From Eledone cirrhosa (taxonomy: Eukaryota), in contig OZ024743.1 of the NCBI GenBank assembly GCA_964016885.1, forward strand, positions 311,550,001 to 311,614,000: a stretch of DNA of 64,000 nucleotides, read 5' to 3'. Made by a program: the position numbers and the translations under genes. Below, one piece after another: positions 42,416-56,044 of the stretch. The notes under the pieces are model-generated. The model was not told the DNA's origin, did not search any database, and saw only the letters and a list, made by a program, of their open reading frames with translations. Positions within the stretch are counted from its first letter, which is position 1. Every line of letters begins with the position of its first letter.

Positions 42416-42511
<96 letters not shown>

Positions 42512-42638
42512 TAGCTTTAAAGAATTAGCTCTTAATGAATTCCCTTTTCTTTAAACCCATCAATCAATGACCTCCACCCATCCTCACCCCCACCCTCTCC
42601 TACCAGATATAAATACCACCATACTTACTTGGATAGTC

Positions 42639-42828
<190 letters not shown>

Positions 42829-43501
42829 AGTTATGAAACGAAAGGAGCTGTCTGGTTACTAAAAACAAGGTTTAGGATGGTGGTTAGGACGGAACAGGAG
42901 GAGAAAGGAAGAAACGAGTTTCCATCGTCAGCTGTAAATGTATCCCGAACCGATGTTTTGGCGCTGAATTACAGGACATCGCCCGATGTATTTTATTAAT
43001 CAAAAGGCCAGGTGGAAAAGGAGAGAGAAAGAGAGAAAAAAAGGGGAGAAAAAAGGAGAGAAAAGGAAAGAGAGGGAAAGGAGGAAAAGGATGAGGAGAG
43101 AGGAAGAAAGGGGGAAGGGAAAGGAATAAGAGAAAAAAGTGTACAGGTCCCATCGTGGGAAGACACAGGTGAAAGAAACATGCAAAAAAGTAACCGTGGA
43201 AAAATAGGGAAAGTAAGTAAGTTGTGGCCAACCTGGGAGACTTTAGCCTGGTGGTCAGCTACGACTCAGAGCTGGTATAATCGTGCTGCCTCTCACATAG
43301 ACAGGAGAAAGTAAGAGAGAGACATGGCCAACCAAAAGTGAGGAGGAGAAGGGAAAGGGAGATAATCCAGAAGGATTTTTTTACGACGGTGGTAAAAACG
43401 TGCCGCAAAGATTGCGGACAGAGAGGCCACCACGGCACGTGTAAACATGTCAGATCGACCAAAGCATGTAGGGTCACAGCAGTAAATACAAAAAGTTATG
43501 A

Positions 43502-43606
<105 letters not shown>

Positions 43607-43639
43607 AGTAAGTATCTTTTCAAACAGCGAGTGAGTTTG

Positions 43640-43954
<315 letters not shown>

Positions 43955-44009
43955 TAAAAACCTAACGGCGACGTCTTGAAAAGGCTTGCCGAAACAAGGC
44001 GTCGTGGAC

Positions 44010-44156
44010 GCGTTCATGGACAAACTACAGCCCGTTTGGCTTTCTGAATAATACGCCTAATTTCAAAATTGCCTTGAATTTTTTAGTAGTGTGGCTCGTC
44101 TTCTCATGAGCCACATCCTATGCGGCCCTCTGCTCAAACGTTGCTGCCCATGCCTG
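44010..44156. mobile_element. hAT-like MITE, decayed
   Basis: Ends cgttcatggacaaactacagccc and tgcggccc...tgcccatgcctg; a related 5' half lies at 58069-58196. Confidence 0.6.
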
Positions 44157-45063
44157 CTTTACACTCCCTCAGCTTCTTGCCATGCATACATTACTACTCT
44201 GATTGTTGTCTCCCCGGGCTCGCCACCGCAGACTTTATTTATATATATATAACATTGAACTTGCTCTGTGACCAATATTTACAACAAATAGTCACAATGA
44301 CATAGCAAGACCAAGAGCCAATACTTCATTCATTTTTTTTAATATTCTCTCTCGCATGATATGATATATCACTTTCTCCTACGTTTTCCGAATATAGAAA
44401 CATAAAAATATTTCAGTGAGATAAAATTGCTGATGTATCATGCTGAAGAAAAACTCATTCAAGCTTCAAAAATGAGCCAGGACTCATAAAAACTGAAACA
44501 GTTGAGATATATTAGAAACCGAAGAAAAAATAGGAAAAAAAAATATTTGATATGATTGAAGCTATTTAAAGAAATCATTTATGTGAAAATAACGAAAATG
44601 ATAATATTTCTTTGCGCAACATCAAATCTATGACTCTCTAAAGAACATACAATATATAAATCAGACAACAAACTATATTATAAAAATACATAATCCCTAA
44701 TATTACTGATAAGATATTAAATACCAACAACAAAATATCACAATTTCTTCTCTATGAAAATAGGAAGCAAAATGGAATTGTAGTGATATCATTATAAATA
44801 TTTTACTCGAGAGATGAAAATAAAAAGTGAGCCATATAAAGGTTTCTATTATTTTGTGGCTGTTGACCTGTGAACATAGACATTGCTGGGTGATTAAGAG
44901 ATTCGCTTTCCTACCAAGGGAACTCGTGTTCGATTCTACTGCGTGTTCCTTTCGGCTAGTGTGTTTACCATAGCTTCGATTTTACTAAACCCTTGTGATA
45001 GAAATTGAGTAGACGGAGGCTGTGTGAAGTCCGTCGGTGGACTGAACCTCTAACTCAAAAGTT

Positions 45064-45177
45064 ACGTTAATTTGGCTTAGGAGTTACATTAAGGGTGCAC
45101 GTTAATTTGTCTTAGGAGTTACATTAAGGGTGCACGTTAATTTGGCTTAGGAGTTACATTAAGGGTGCACGTTAATT
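45064..45177. repeat. 35-bp tandem repeat x3 inside a decayed SINE-like sequence
   Basis: acgttaatttggcttaggagttacattaagggtgc x3. Confidence 0.88.
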
Positions 45178-46504
45178 CACGAGTTAGATGTGAAGTTGAT
45201 TGAACAGTTGAGTGACATCGTTGTAACCGATGGAGGATACATCATTATATTGAGTGGTAGATTAATCCCTCGCTAAACATGACACTAGTACTTGGTCCTT
45301 GGGTGTCTTTAGCTGAGTCCTCTCTGCTACAATAATTTCAGCCAGGTCTCCAGTTAGAGATGACCTTTCTTTCTTTCTTTCTTTCTTCTACCGGACTATG
45401 AGGCCATAGAAAATAGTGTTATTTATTTCGACCGAATCACATATTTTCATATGCGGAAAAATGCAAAAATGTTGTCTCCAGTTTTAGAAAGGAAAATGAA
45501 TGACTAAATAAATATAAAAATAAATAATAAATGAATATGTTTGAATTTGTCGGAAACATTCTATGATATATTTGATCCACTATCGAATTATATAATGTGT
45601 TTTCATCAGTAAGGTTTCAGTATGAATGAGAAAAATTGGCTTCAATCAGCAATTGAAACCGACTTGCAACACACAAGTAGTTTGCCTTTACATCTGCATA
45701 TTCCCAACAACAGATCAAAGGAATTCAATAACAGTGGAAGTAATACTCAACTTCTTTTCATTCTATTTTACAGATTTAATTAGATAGTTAAGATATAGGA
45801 TATAAAACTATAAAAAACAACAATGACGGTGCGTTTTGCTTTATAAAATAGTTCTAATATATTCAAATTAAAGCATTAATTCAACCATCTCAAAGACTAT
45901 AGAATCTTAGAGAAAATCAAAATAAACAGGGTATTAGTAAAACAAAATTGTTAGAAATTAGATCTAAAGGAAAAGTTTCTGTGTCTTTCACTTCAGTCTC
46001 TTACAATAATAAATGTCAAGTTTCTAGTAAATGTTTTATGACATCGAGCTCTTTGTTTTAAAATGAAATATTTTGGTGTATTCTGAACATTAAACAGTCA
46101 GGACTGACTATTGGTTCGCATCTTGAAAATTCCAAGGCGTTTCGTGAAAGGCCAGCAGTCACCTATCTACGCATGCAAGTCTCCCCTCTCCACACCACTG
46201 ATCTCTTGTCCAAGGGAAAAACAATGGCCGATACAGTTTGGCACCAGTGTTGTCGCAATTCATTTTTTCCAGCTACGTGAACTGATACAAAGTGAAATAA
46301 AATGTCTTGGTCGGTCAAACAAGCAGCGCGCTGCCCTCTCCAGGAATCCAGATCACGACCATATGATCATGAGCCAAACATCTCACCACTAAGCAACGAG
46401 CTATTATTCTGTGGAATACTCAACCACTTACACATTAATTCATGAGTCAGACGTCCAGTTGATCGAACGACTGAATGCTCATTGTCGAAACCGATGGAGG
46501 ATCC

Positions 46505-46706
46505 ATCATCACCATCCTCATCATCATCATCACCATCAACATCACCATCATCCGCATCACCACCAACACCATCACCATCATCACCACGAACATCATAATC
46601 ATCATCACCATCATCACTAACAGCATCATCATCATTATCATTATCATCATCACCATCATCACCAACACCATCATCATCATCATCAACATCAACATCATCG
46701 CCATCA
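46505..46706. repeat. (CAT/CAC)n microsatellite
   Basis: Direct inspection. Confidence 0.92.
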
Positions 46707-47183
46707 TTAGTATATACGGAATTTAAGTGGCATAACAAATATTTGAAAGCTCTGCAAATAATGTAGAGCCTAATTACTGCTGTAAAAATGCTTGCAGATA
46801 CAATTATTATTTTTATATGAAGAGAGAGATATTGCTTTTATATTTCAATGTCTTCTATCATTATAAAATTTATCATGGTAGATTTTCTCATTATCCTAAT
46901 AATTGCTCAAATTATTTTTTATATAAAAGATGACTAATTTAACTGAAGATAGTTTTTTTTAACTAGCATGTAACTTCGTCAGAAGAGATTTCTGGGTTAT
47001 CTTTCAATCTAATTAAATTTGTTGTAATTAAGGAATCAAAAAAAAATTATAATATATATATGTGGGGGGGGGGGGGTATATATGCATATATATATATATA
47101 TATATATACATATATACATATATATATATACACACACACACACACTTATATATATATTGTGTACATATATGTATATATTTATT

Positions 47184-47216
<33 letters not shown>

Positions 47217-47509
47217 ATATGTATAAAATCAGGTTGAATGAGAAATACTAATTGTAAACAATAGGAAGAAAATGTAATGGATATTTTATTTAATGAAATT
47301 AACGTTTTATCAACCCTGCAGCATCTGTTGTTTGTTTAAAATCATGGTTTATGTTGTTAGATAAACCGTACTCAATGCAAACATTTTTATTGAATTCATT
47401 CAATTTTGGTTCCAAGCGGAGGAATTTCAAATCCCACTGGTGGAATTTTAACGAAGGAGGCGTCGGAGAAGGATAATCAATTAGAGGAGGACTCCAAATC
47501 ACGAAAGAA

Positions 47510-49443
47510 TAGTGTATATATTGTGTATATATCAAATGAAATACCTACCAACCCAACTATAGTGTATATTGTGTATATATACCAAATTAAATATTAATAT
47601 ACCCAAACTACAGTGTATATATCACATGAAATACCAATATACCTAACTATAGTGTATATTGTATATATATATATCACATGAAATACCAATATACCTAACT
47701 ATAGTGTATATTGTATATATATCAAATGAAATACCAATATACCTAACTGTAGTGTATATTGTATATATATATCACATGAAATACCAATATACCTAACAAT
47801 AGTGTATATTGTATATATATCAAATGGAATACCAATATACCTAACAATAGTGTATATTGTATATATATATCACATGAAATACCAATATACCTAACTATAG
47901 TGTATATTGTATATATATCAAATGGAATACCAATATACCTAACAATAGTGTATATTGTATATATATATCACATGAAATACCAATATACCTAACTATAGTG
48001 TATATTGTATATATATCACATGAAATACCAATATACCTAACTATAGTGTATATTGTATATATATCACATGAAATACCAATATACCTAACTATAGTGTATA
48101 TTGTATATATATCAAATGAAATACCAATATAAGCTAACTATAGTGTATACTGTATATATATCAAATGGAATACCAGTATACCTAACTATAGTGTATATTG
48201 TACATATATCAAATGGAATACCAGTATACCTAACTATAGTGTATACTGTATATATATCAAATGAAATACCAATATAAGCTAACTATAGTGTATATTGTAT
48301 ATATATCACATGAAATACCAATATACCTAACTATAGTGTATATTGTATATATATATCAAATGAAATACCAATATACCTAACTAAAGTGTATATTGTATAT
48401 ATATCAAATGGAATACCAGTATACCTAACTATAGTGTATATTGTATATATATCAAATGGAATACCAGTATACCTAACTATAGTATATATTGTATATATAT
48501 CAAATGGAATACCAGTATACCTAACTATAGTATATATTGTATATATATCAAATGGAATACCAGTATACCTAACTATAGTGTATATTGTATATATATCACA
48601 TGAAATACCAATATACCTAACTATAGTGTATATTGTATATATATCAAATGAAATACCAATATAAGCTAACTATAGTGTATATTGTATATATATCACATGA
48701 AATACCAATATACCTAACTATAGTGAATATTGTATATATATCAAATGGAATACCAGTATACCTAACTATAGTGTATATTGTATATATATCAAATGGAATA
48801 CCAATATACCTAACTATAGTGTATATTGTATATATATCAAATGGAATACCAGTATACCTAACTATAGTGTATATTGTATATATATCAAATGGAATACCAG
48901 TATACCTAACTATAGTGTATATTGTATATATATCAAATGGAATACCAGTATACCTAACTATAGTGTATATTGTATATATATCAAATGGAATACCAGTATA
49001 CCTAACTATAGTGTATATTGTATATATATCAAATGGAATACCAGTATACCTAACTATAGTGTATATTGTATATATATCAAATGGAATACCAGTATACCTA
49101 ACTATAGTATATATTGTATATATATCAAATGGAATACCAGTATACCTAACTATAGTGTATATTGTATATATATCAAATGGAATACCAGTATACCTAACTA
49201 TAGTGTATATTGTATATATATCAAATGGAATACCAGTATACCTAACTATAGTGTATATTGTATATATATCAAATGGAATACCAGTATACCTAACTATAGT
49301 GTATATTGTATATATATCAAATGGAATACCAGTATACCTAACTATAGTGTATATTGTATATATATCAAATGGAATACCAGTATACCTAACTAAAGTGTAT
49401 ATTGTATATATATCAAATGGAATACCAGTATACCTAACTATAA
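47510..49443. repeat. 48-bp AT-rich minisatellite, about 40 copies
   Basis: Unit atatcaaatggaataccagtatacctaactatagtgtatattgtatat; 16-aa periodic spurious ORFs on both strands. Confidence 0.96.
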
Positions 49444-49683
49444 AGGCGATCACGAATTAGCAGCTTCCAAAAATAATCCTGCTTTAGACTTAATCCCGTT
49501 TGGGCCCATACAACTATTAAAGCCCGTATTAATATGGTGCTCGGGTAAATAATGATTTAATGTCGAATCAAAATGAGAGAAAATTTGAAGAATCTTCAAC
49601 TGCAAAGAGAGGAATGTAACCTGGGTCTCTGAGAACTATGGTATTAATGCAATGTGACGTTGCTGTTGTTGTTATTATTGTTG

Positions 49684-49868
49684 TGGTGGATTGGCAGTAT
49701 CGGTAGAGGTTCGGACGCCATGCTTTGCAGCATAGAGTTACGCGCCTTTATGAGTTCAAATCCTGCCGAGGTTACCTTTGCCTTTCATCCTTATGGTGTC
49801 GATAAAATAAAGTACCAGTAATGCACTGGGATAATTGCTGGCCTTGTGAAAAAAGTAGAAACAGTTAT
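49684..49868 (+). mobile_element. SINE
   Basis: A-box, B-box, core and tail match the family consensus. Confidence 0.88.
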
Positions 49869-50403
49869 TGTTGTTATTGTTGTTGCTGCTGCTATTGTTG
49901 CTGTTGTTATTGTTGTTGTTATTTAGCCCGACACCAGCCTTGTCGTTTTTAGACATAGTATATATCAGACCACGTTTTCCAGTGGCCCGAGGCCAGTCAT
50001 CACCAAACAGGCCTTCTATCGAATGTGTTCCCGTCATAACCACCCAATATTTTAAAACATAATGTATATAACACGACATTCTCAGATATTGGTGAATTCT
50101 TCCTCTATACTTCTTTCTCACTTCCATTCTCTCACTCTCTATCCTTCTCTGGAAGAAATCTGTGGTATTCATACCTGGAGAGGAAATGGACTCCACCAGG
50201 TTTTAAAAAATTCCCAAAGCGCCGTTAGTCAATACGGCGCCTCTACAACTCCCGCGGGAGTCAGGGGACGATGCATGCAACAAATCAAGCAACCATATAA
50301 ATGCCTCATTTGTTGTAATGTAATGTTTTATAAAGATAAGGGGAGATTATCTCTGTCAAACATCCAAAAACTTGAATCTGGAATCATTATTTCAAATCAC
50401 GAT

Positions 50404-50588
50404 GGATTGGCAGTATCAGTAGAGGGTCAGACGACATGCTTTGACGCATAGAGTTACGGCCCTTGCCATTCTGAGTTCAAATCCCGCCGAGGTTAACTTT
50501 GGCTTTCATCCTTACGGGGTCGATAAAATAAAGTACCAGTAATGCACTGGGTAATTGTGGCCTTGTGCCAAATGTAGAAACAATTATT
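50404..50588 (+). mobile_element. SINE with 18-bp TSD
   Basis: attatttcaaatcacgat at 50386-50403 and 50583-50600. Confidence 0.93.
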
Positions 50589-51629
50589 TCAAATCACGAT
50601 ATTGCATGCAAATTGGCAAAGTCGTTAGAATGTCGCACTAAATGCTTCGGTTTTTTTCCTGACTGTCTGCTCTCTGAGTTCAATTCCAGTCGCCGAGGTC
50701 AACATTGCCTTTCATCATTTCAGAGTTGATAAATAAAGTACCAGTCCAGTGGTGGTGGTGGTGGTGGGTGATTGGTAGAATCAGGGTTGATAAATAAAGT
50801 ACCAGTCCAGGGGTAGTGGTGGTGGTGGTGGATTGGCAGAATCAGGGTTGATAAATAAAGTACCAGCCTAGGGGTGGATTAGCGGAATTATTAAAGAGTC
50901 GAACGGAATGATTTTCTGGTATCTGCTTCGACTCTGTGAGTTTGGAGTTCAAAACCTACCTCTTGTCACCGGAAAGAGATGACACTTCCTCCAGGAAAGA
51001 TAGTATCAGCAATGGAAAGACAAATTGAAGCCAATTCATGTGTCCAATCTGACGAAGGGCTCTTTTCCATTTTTCTATAAAGATTTTAACAACAACAACA
51101 AAGCAATCATAAAACTGAAGATTGACTCATTAGTTATTATTTCTTTTATTCATCTAATCAATTTAAACGTCCATGTAGAGCTAGTAAGCCATGAAAGACT
51201 AGGGGAAGTATCTAGTACTTCTCACAGTTGAGAAACAAAAAACAAGATATACAGAGATAAGAGAATATCAAAATAAAAATAAAATTTAAAATAAAATAAA
51301 AAATATTTAAATAGGTATTAATCGTTAATTCTCAACACAGACGTAAAAGATTCGATGTTTTCTATTCCGTTTTTTCTTTAGTTAATAGGAGAGATACTGT
51401 TCATGCTCATAGCTTCTTCGTCTGTATCTAGGTTAGAATAGAGCGAAGGGAGATGATTTAAATTTTAAACTTTTCTTGTCACAAAGAGAATGTTATTATA
51501 TTTTCTTATGTCAGGGTTCATAGAAAGGGGAATCGAAGAAGAGTAGATGTTTTTAATCAAGTGGCTTTAGCTATCATGGAGTCAAGTCGACAAATATTTT
51601 TGTAAAGAAAAATTGTGTAAATTGACTAT

Positions 51630-51994
51630 AGAAGGAACAGCGTGCTTACACAAATCAAAAGTGACATCCATGAACTCGGTTGGTCTCGCCTGGCGATCTA
51701 CTCAAGTCAATTGGAGATGGTTACTTCTGACAGGAACCGCTGGAAGGCGTATTTGAGGACTCTGTTCTCACTATCCTCCCAACAAGAAGAAGAAGAAGAA
51801 GAAGAAGAAGAAGAAGAAGAAGAAGAAGAAGAAGAAGAAGAAGAAGAAGAAGAAGAAGAAGAAGAAGAAGAAGAAGAAGAAGAAGAAGAAGAAGAAGAAG
51901 AAGAAGAAGAAGAAGAAGAAGAAGAAGAAGAAGAAGAAGAAAAAGAAAAAGAAGAAGAAGAAGAAGAAGAAGAAGAAGAAGAAGAAGAAGAAGA
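51630..51994 (+). mobile_element. RTE-like LINE 3' fragment followed by about 70 (GAA) repeats
   Basis: Translation ..QLEMVTSDRNRWKAYLR resembles the RTE C-terminal A.DR..W motif; (GAA)n at 51785-51994. Confidence 0.55.
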
Positions 51995-53114
51995 ATTTAT
52001 AGATTGCAACAGTTAGCCAAAAGTTATAAACAAGTTATGAGTGTACAAGGCATTTAATATAATTTTTAGCCATGTATTTTTTTCTTTTTCTCTTCTTCTC
52101 ACTAGTTCCCACAACGAATCGAAATCTATCTCTCTGGTAAAAATAATAAAACAAGTGTTCCAATATCATGGTATTATCAATAGGCGGCGAACCTCAGAGA
52201 CATTAGGACATCAGAATAAATACTTTAATACTTGTACTGGCTCCCTGCTATCTGAGTTCAAATCCTGTCGAGGCCACCTTTGCCTTTCATCCTGTCAGGG
52301 TCGATAAATAAAGCACAACAGTGACGGGGGATTAGCGGAATTGTTAAAGAGCCGGATGATATGTTGTGTGCTGACTTATCCGGCTATACGAGGTCTGAGT
52401 TCAGATACTGCCCTCTACCAGGAATTGTGACCGGCAGATAGTAACAGCTTACAAAAGAAGCAGAGGCTCATTGCAATAAAAGCCATACCTTCCCTATAGA
52501 TTGGATGTAACATTATGACAATAGTAATATCTAATCTAATTTGCCATTATTGTACTGTACTATACATATAATACCACTCTACTTTCTACAACTTGTACTT
52601 TTATAACACGGTCACTACAAATTTTATAAATTTTAACTATGATATTCTAATAATTTCTAATTTAGCACAAGGACAACAATTTGATGGGAGAAGTCGATTA
52701 AATCGACCCAGTGCGTTACTGGTACTTTATTTTATCGACCCAAGTAAGGATGAAAGGCATAGCTAACTTCACCGGGATTTGAACTCAGAATGTAAAGGAA
52801 CGGAACTATATAGCACAAAGCATGTTGTCCGATACTCTACTGACTCTGCTAATCCTTTAACATTAGTATTATAATGTTAACTACTATTACTTCAACACTA
52901 CGTTTATACCTATTATATTGTAAATTGAACATTACGTTTATATCGACTTTAATCCGGACACATTACCAAATGTAAGATTTTAAATTTAGCAACCATCTAC
53001 GATAGTTCAAATTCTTTGAGTTCATGGCCGAAGCACACGTTAACAGGTTTCCAAAACTTCGATAAATTATCTTGTTTGTAAAGGTATCCATTATTTTGAT
53101 GCATAACTATTAGC

Positions 53115-54211
53115 CTATTTTCTTTTGTTTCTTTCTCTGTAGATGACATACAATTTTATACCATAAGTGGAGGCAACAAAGATATATTGTATAATAATTA
53201 CTGCGGTCGATTGAAGTACAGTAGCTATCTGTGGTTTACTTTCAAAACGTTCAAATGGAGTAAAAGTAAAGCAAACTAAAGCAATGAGAAACGCTTCGTA
53301 ATATATTGTTTTATCATTATCATAAATAATTGATCCATTTTGGTAAATATCCCTGTTGTCAGTGGAATTACGACTTTTGTTTGAAAACAAAAGAATCAAA
53401 CACAGCATTACAGCCTCATAAATCAAGGCGAAATAAAAATCCCAATCTTTTGATCTACAGTAAAGAAAAACATTATGGGTTAAGACTTTTTTTATTACTA
53501 CTTGAGCAGGCATTTGCAATCCATTAAAGGCTACTGGGGAAATTCTTAATAGAATAGTGAGAACGAAAACCAAACTTCCCATATTTAAGCAATCTAGCCT
53601 GCAACACTTTGTATTTGTACTAAATGTTATTTGATTCATTTCATTTGATAGATTTTCTTTACTCTTGCCTTTTAGCTGGATATTTTTAAAAAATTTATTC
53701 AAATGCCTAACATAGTGGCGAATTGTACCGATACTGTAAAACATGAGAGATAAATGTAAGGCATAAAATAATTGCAAACATATGATATTTATGCGACAAA
53801 TGATATTTAAATGACGCTGTAAGAAAGTTAGAGGTAAAAGAAAACCGAAAATTGCAACCAGAAACGATAAATGCCTGAATGACATAGATACATATAAGTA
53901 ATGATCTCTGTGCTTTGAGAAAAGAATTAACAGTGTAACATTCAGCAGTTCTCCGACAATACAAAATATAATTATAATAATTCCTGCAGGAGAATCGTAG
54001 AATAACCATATTTGTTTATCATCAACACACTCACTGTTATCAGCATTCGGATGTTTCAAGTATTGACATGGTAAACACTTATACGAGATATTACTCGTAG
54101 AAATCCAGCCGGGAGGACATTTCTCACAAACCCAACAACATGACAGTGATCCAATTCTACGTTTATAACCTTTCTTGCAAGGGAGTGAACATCTTGACAT
54201 TGGTTTTATTC
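53115..54211 (-). CDS. Class C GPCR (CaSR/mGluR-like), last exon: nine-cysteine domain plus 7TM
   Basis: Acceptor ttattgcag at 54213-54212 (phase 1); PMSRCSLPCKKG..SCCWVCEKCPPG..CLPC..PN...SEC; multiple hydrophobic helices; stop TAG at 53115. Confidence 0.93.
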
Positions 54212-54542
54212 CTGCAATAAATCAATACAAATAATCGTATATAATAGAAGTCAACATGATAGAATCAATACACAAAAACAACACATAACAATAATAGTAT
54301 AATTGTATAACTCTTAATTGTCTTAAGAGAAAATAGTCTTAAAATTCTTGACACAAGTTCTTCATGGGAAGATAGAAAATGAGAGAAGAGAATATGTTTG
54401 GAGGAAAGAAAACCAGAGAAAAACAGGAAAAAAGAAGACATGAGAAATCACGTGTAGCTATTAGGGAGCCAGACCATTGAAAACATTATATATTATTTAA
54501 ATGGTCCCAATATTCTATATATCTTCTTCTTCTTATAATTAT

Positions 54543-55347
54543 TATGGTCCTTTATATTCTGAGTTCAAATCCCGTTGAAGTTAACTTTGCCTTTTATCCT
54601 TACCGGGTTGATAAAATAAGGAACCAGTAATGCATTGGGGTCGATTTAATCGACTTTCCCTTCCCCAAAAATTGTTAGCTTTGTGCCTAAATCAGAAACC
54701 ATTATTTCAAAGGGGGGTGAATTGGCTGTATCGGTAGAGCATCGGACAACATGCTTAGCGGCATAGCGTTACGGCTCTTTGCATTCTGAGTTCGATTTCC
54801 GCCGACGTGAGCCTTACCTTTCATCCTTACGAGGTTGATAAAATAAAGTACCAGTCACGCACTGGGGTCAATTTAATCGGCTTTACCCCTTCCCTTTTAA
54901 TTGCTGCCCTTGTGCCGAATGTAGAAAGAATTATCACTATTATTATTATTATAAATAAGCGTAGGACAACATGCTTAGTGGCCCTTTACGCTCTGAGTTC
55001 AAATCCCGCCGAAGTTAGCTTTGCCTTTTATCCTTACAGGGTCGATAAAATAAAGTACCAGTAATGCACTGGGGGTCGATTTAATCAATTTCCCTTCCCA
55101 AAATATTGCTAGCCTTGTGCTTAAAATAGAAACAATTGTTATTATTATTCGTGCGGTGGATTAGTAGTATCGGTCGAGCGTCGGACGCCATGCTTTGCAA
55201 CATAGAGTTACGCCCCTTTATGGTCTGAGTTCAAATCCCTCCGAGGTTAACTTTGCCTTTCATCCTTATGGGGTCGATAAAATAAAGTACCAGTAATACA
55301 CTGGGATAATTGCTGGCCTTGTGACAAAAGTAGAAACAAATATTATT
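54543..55347 (+). mobile_element. Tandem cluster of 4 SINEs in the GPCR intron
   Basis: ctgagttc B-boxes at ~54559, 54786, 54993 and 55225, each followed by core and tail. Confidence 0.87.
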
Positions 55348-55560
55348 CGCCCACTTGTTCCTGTGAGGGTCATGGTGGTAGAATCCTCAAACATGCTTTC
55401 CAGCAGGTCTTGTCAGAAGCGACAGCCCGCAATTGTACCAGCTGGATCCCCAAGTGAGACCCTCGCTCTGGATCTCCTGTCAGTTGGTTTTGCTCGTAGA
55501 ATCTGTCCAGCGATCTTTCTCCTAGCCAGGTGTCTGTAGTACCGTAGCTATGATCAGACA
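55345..55560 (-). mobile_element. RTE-like LINE 3' fragment
   Basis: GIQLVQLRAVASDKTCWKACLRILPP, similar to the fragment at 51630. Confidence 0.5.
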
Positions 55561-55850
55561 TAGGATTAGAATGTCTAGGGAAAAAGTTGTTGGACATATT
55601 TTAAGAGCAAAGCCAATAAACAGGAAAGCCATTTTTTAAAACGTTAATGTCGCAAAATTAAAGTATCGGTAGAGGGTCGGGCGCCATGCTTTGAAGCATA
55701 GAGTTACCCCCCTTTATGATCTGAGTTCAAATCCCGCCGAGTTTAACTTTGCCTTTCATCCTTATGGAGTTATCTATCTCCGTCGAGCACTTATAATATC
55801 TGTCTGCATGTCTGTCTGTCTGCATTACGACATTATTACAAAAACGATAG

Positions 55851-56044
55851 GGCGGTGGATTGGCAGTATTGGTAGAGGGTCGGACGCCATGCTTTGACGT
55901 ATAGAGTTACGGCCCTTGCCAATCTGAGTTCAAATCCCGCCGAGGTTAACTTTGCCTTTCATCCTTACGGGGTCGATAAAATAAAGTACCAGTAATGCAC
56001 TGGGATAATTGCTGGTCTGGTGCCAAAAGTAGAAACAATTATTT
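55851..56044 (+). mobile_element. Full-length SINE
   Basis: Near-consensus copy. Confidence 0.9.

Noticed and set aside
48386-49460. 16-aa repeat proteins on both strands
   Set aside because: Product of a 48-bp minisatellite whose left units break frame.
50170-50312. Minus-strand UGA-CUA readthrough or selenocysteine ORF inside a GC hairpin
   Set aside because: Short, no recognisable homology or SECIS; the + strand exon interpretation is at least as plausible.
51785-51994. Poly-Glu or poly-Ser protein
   Set aside because: (GAA)n microsatellite, probably an expanded retroelement tail.
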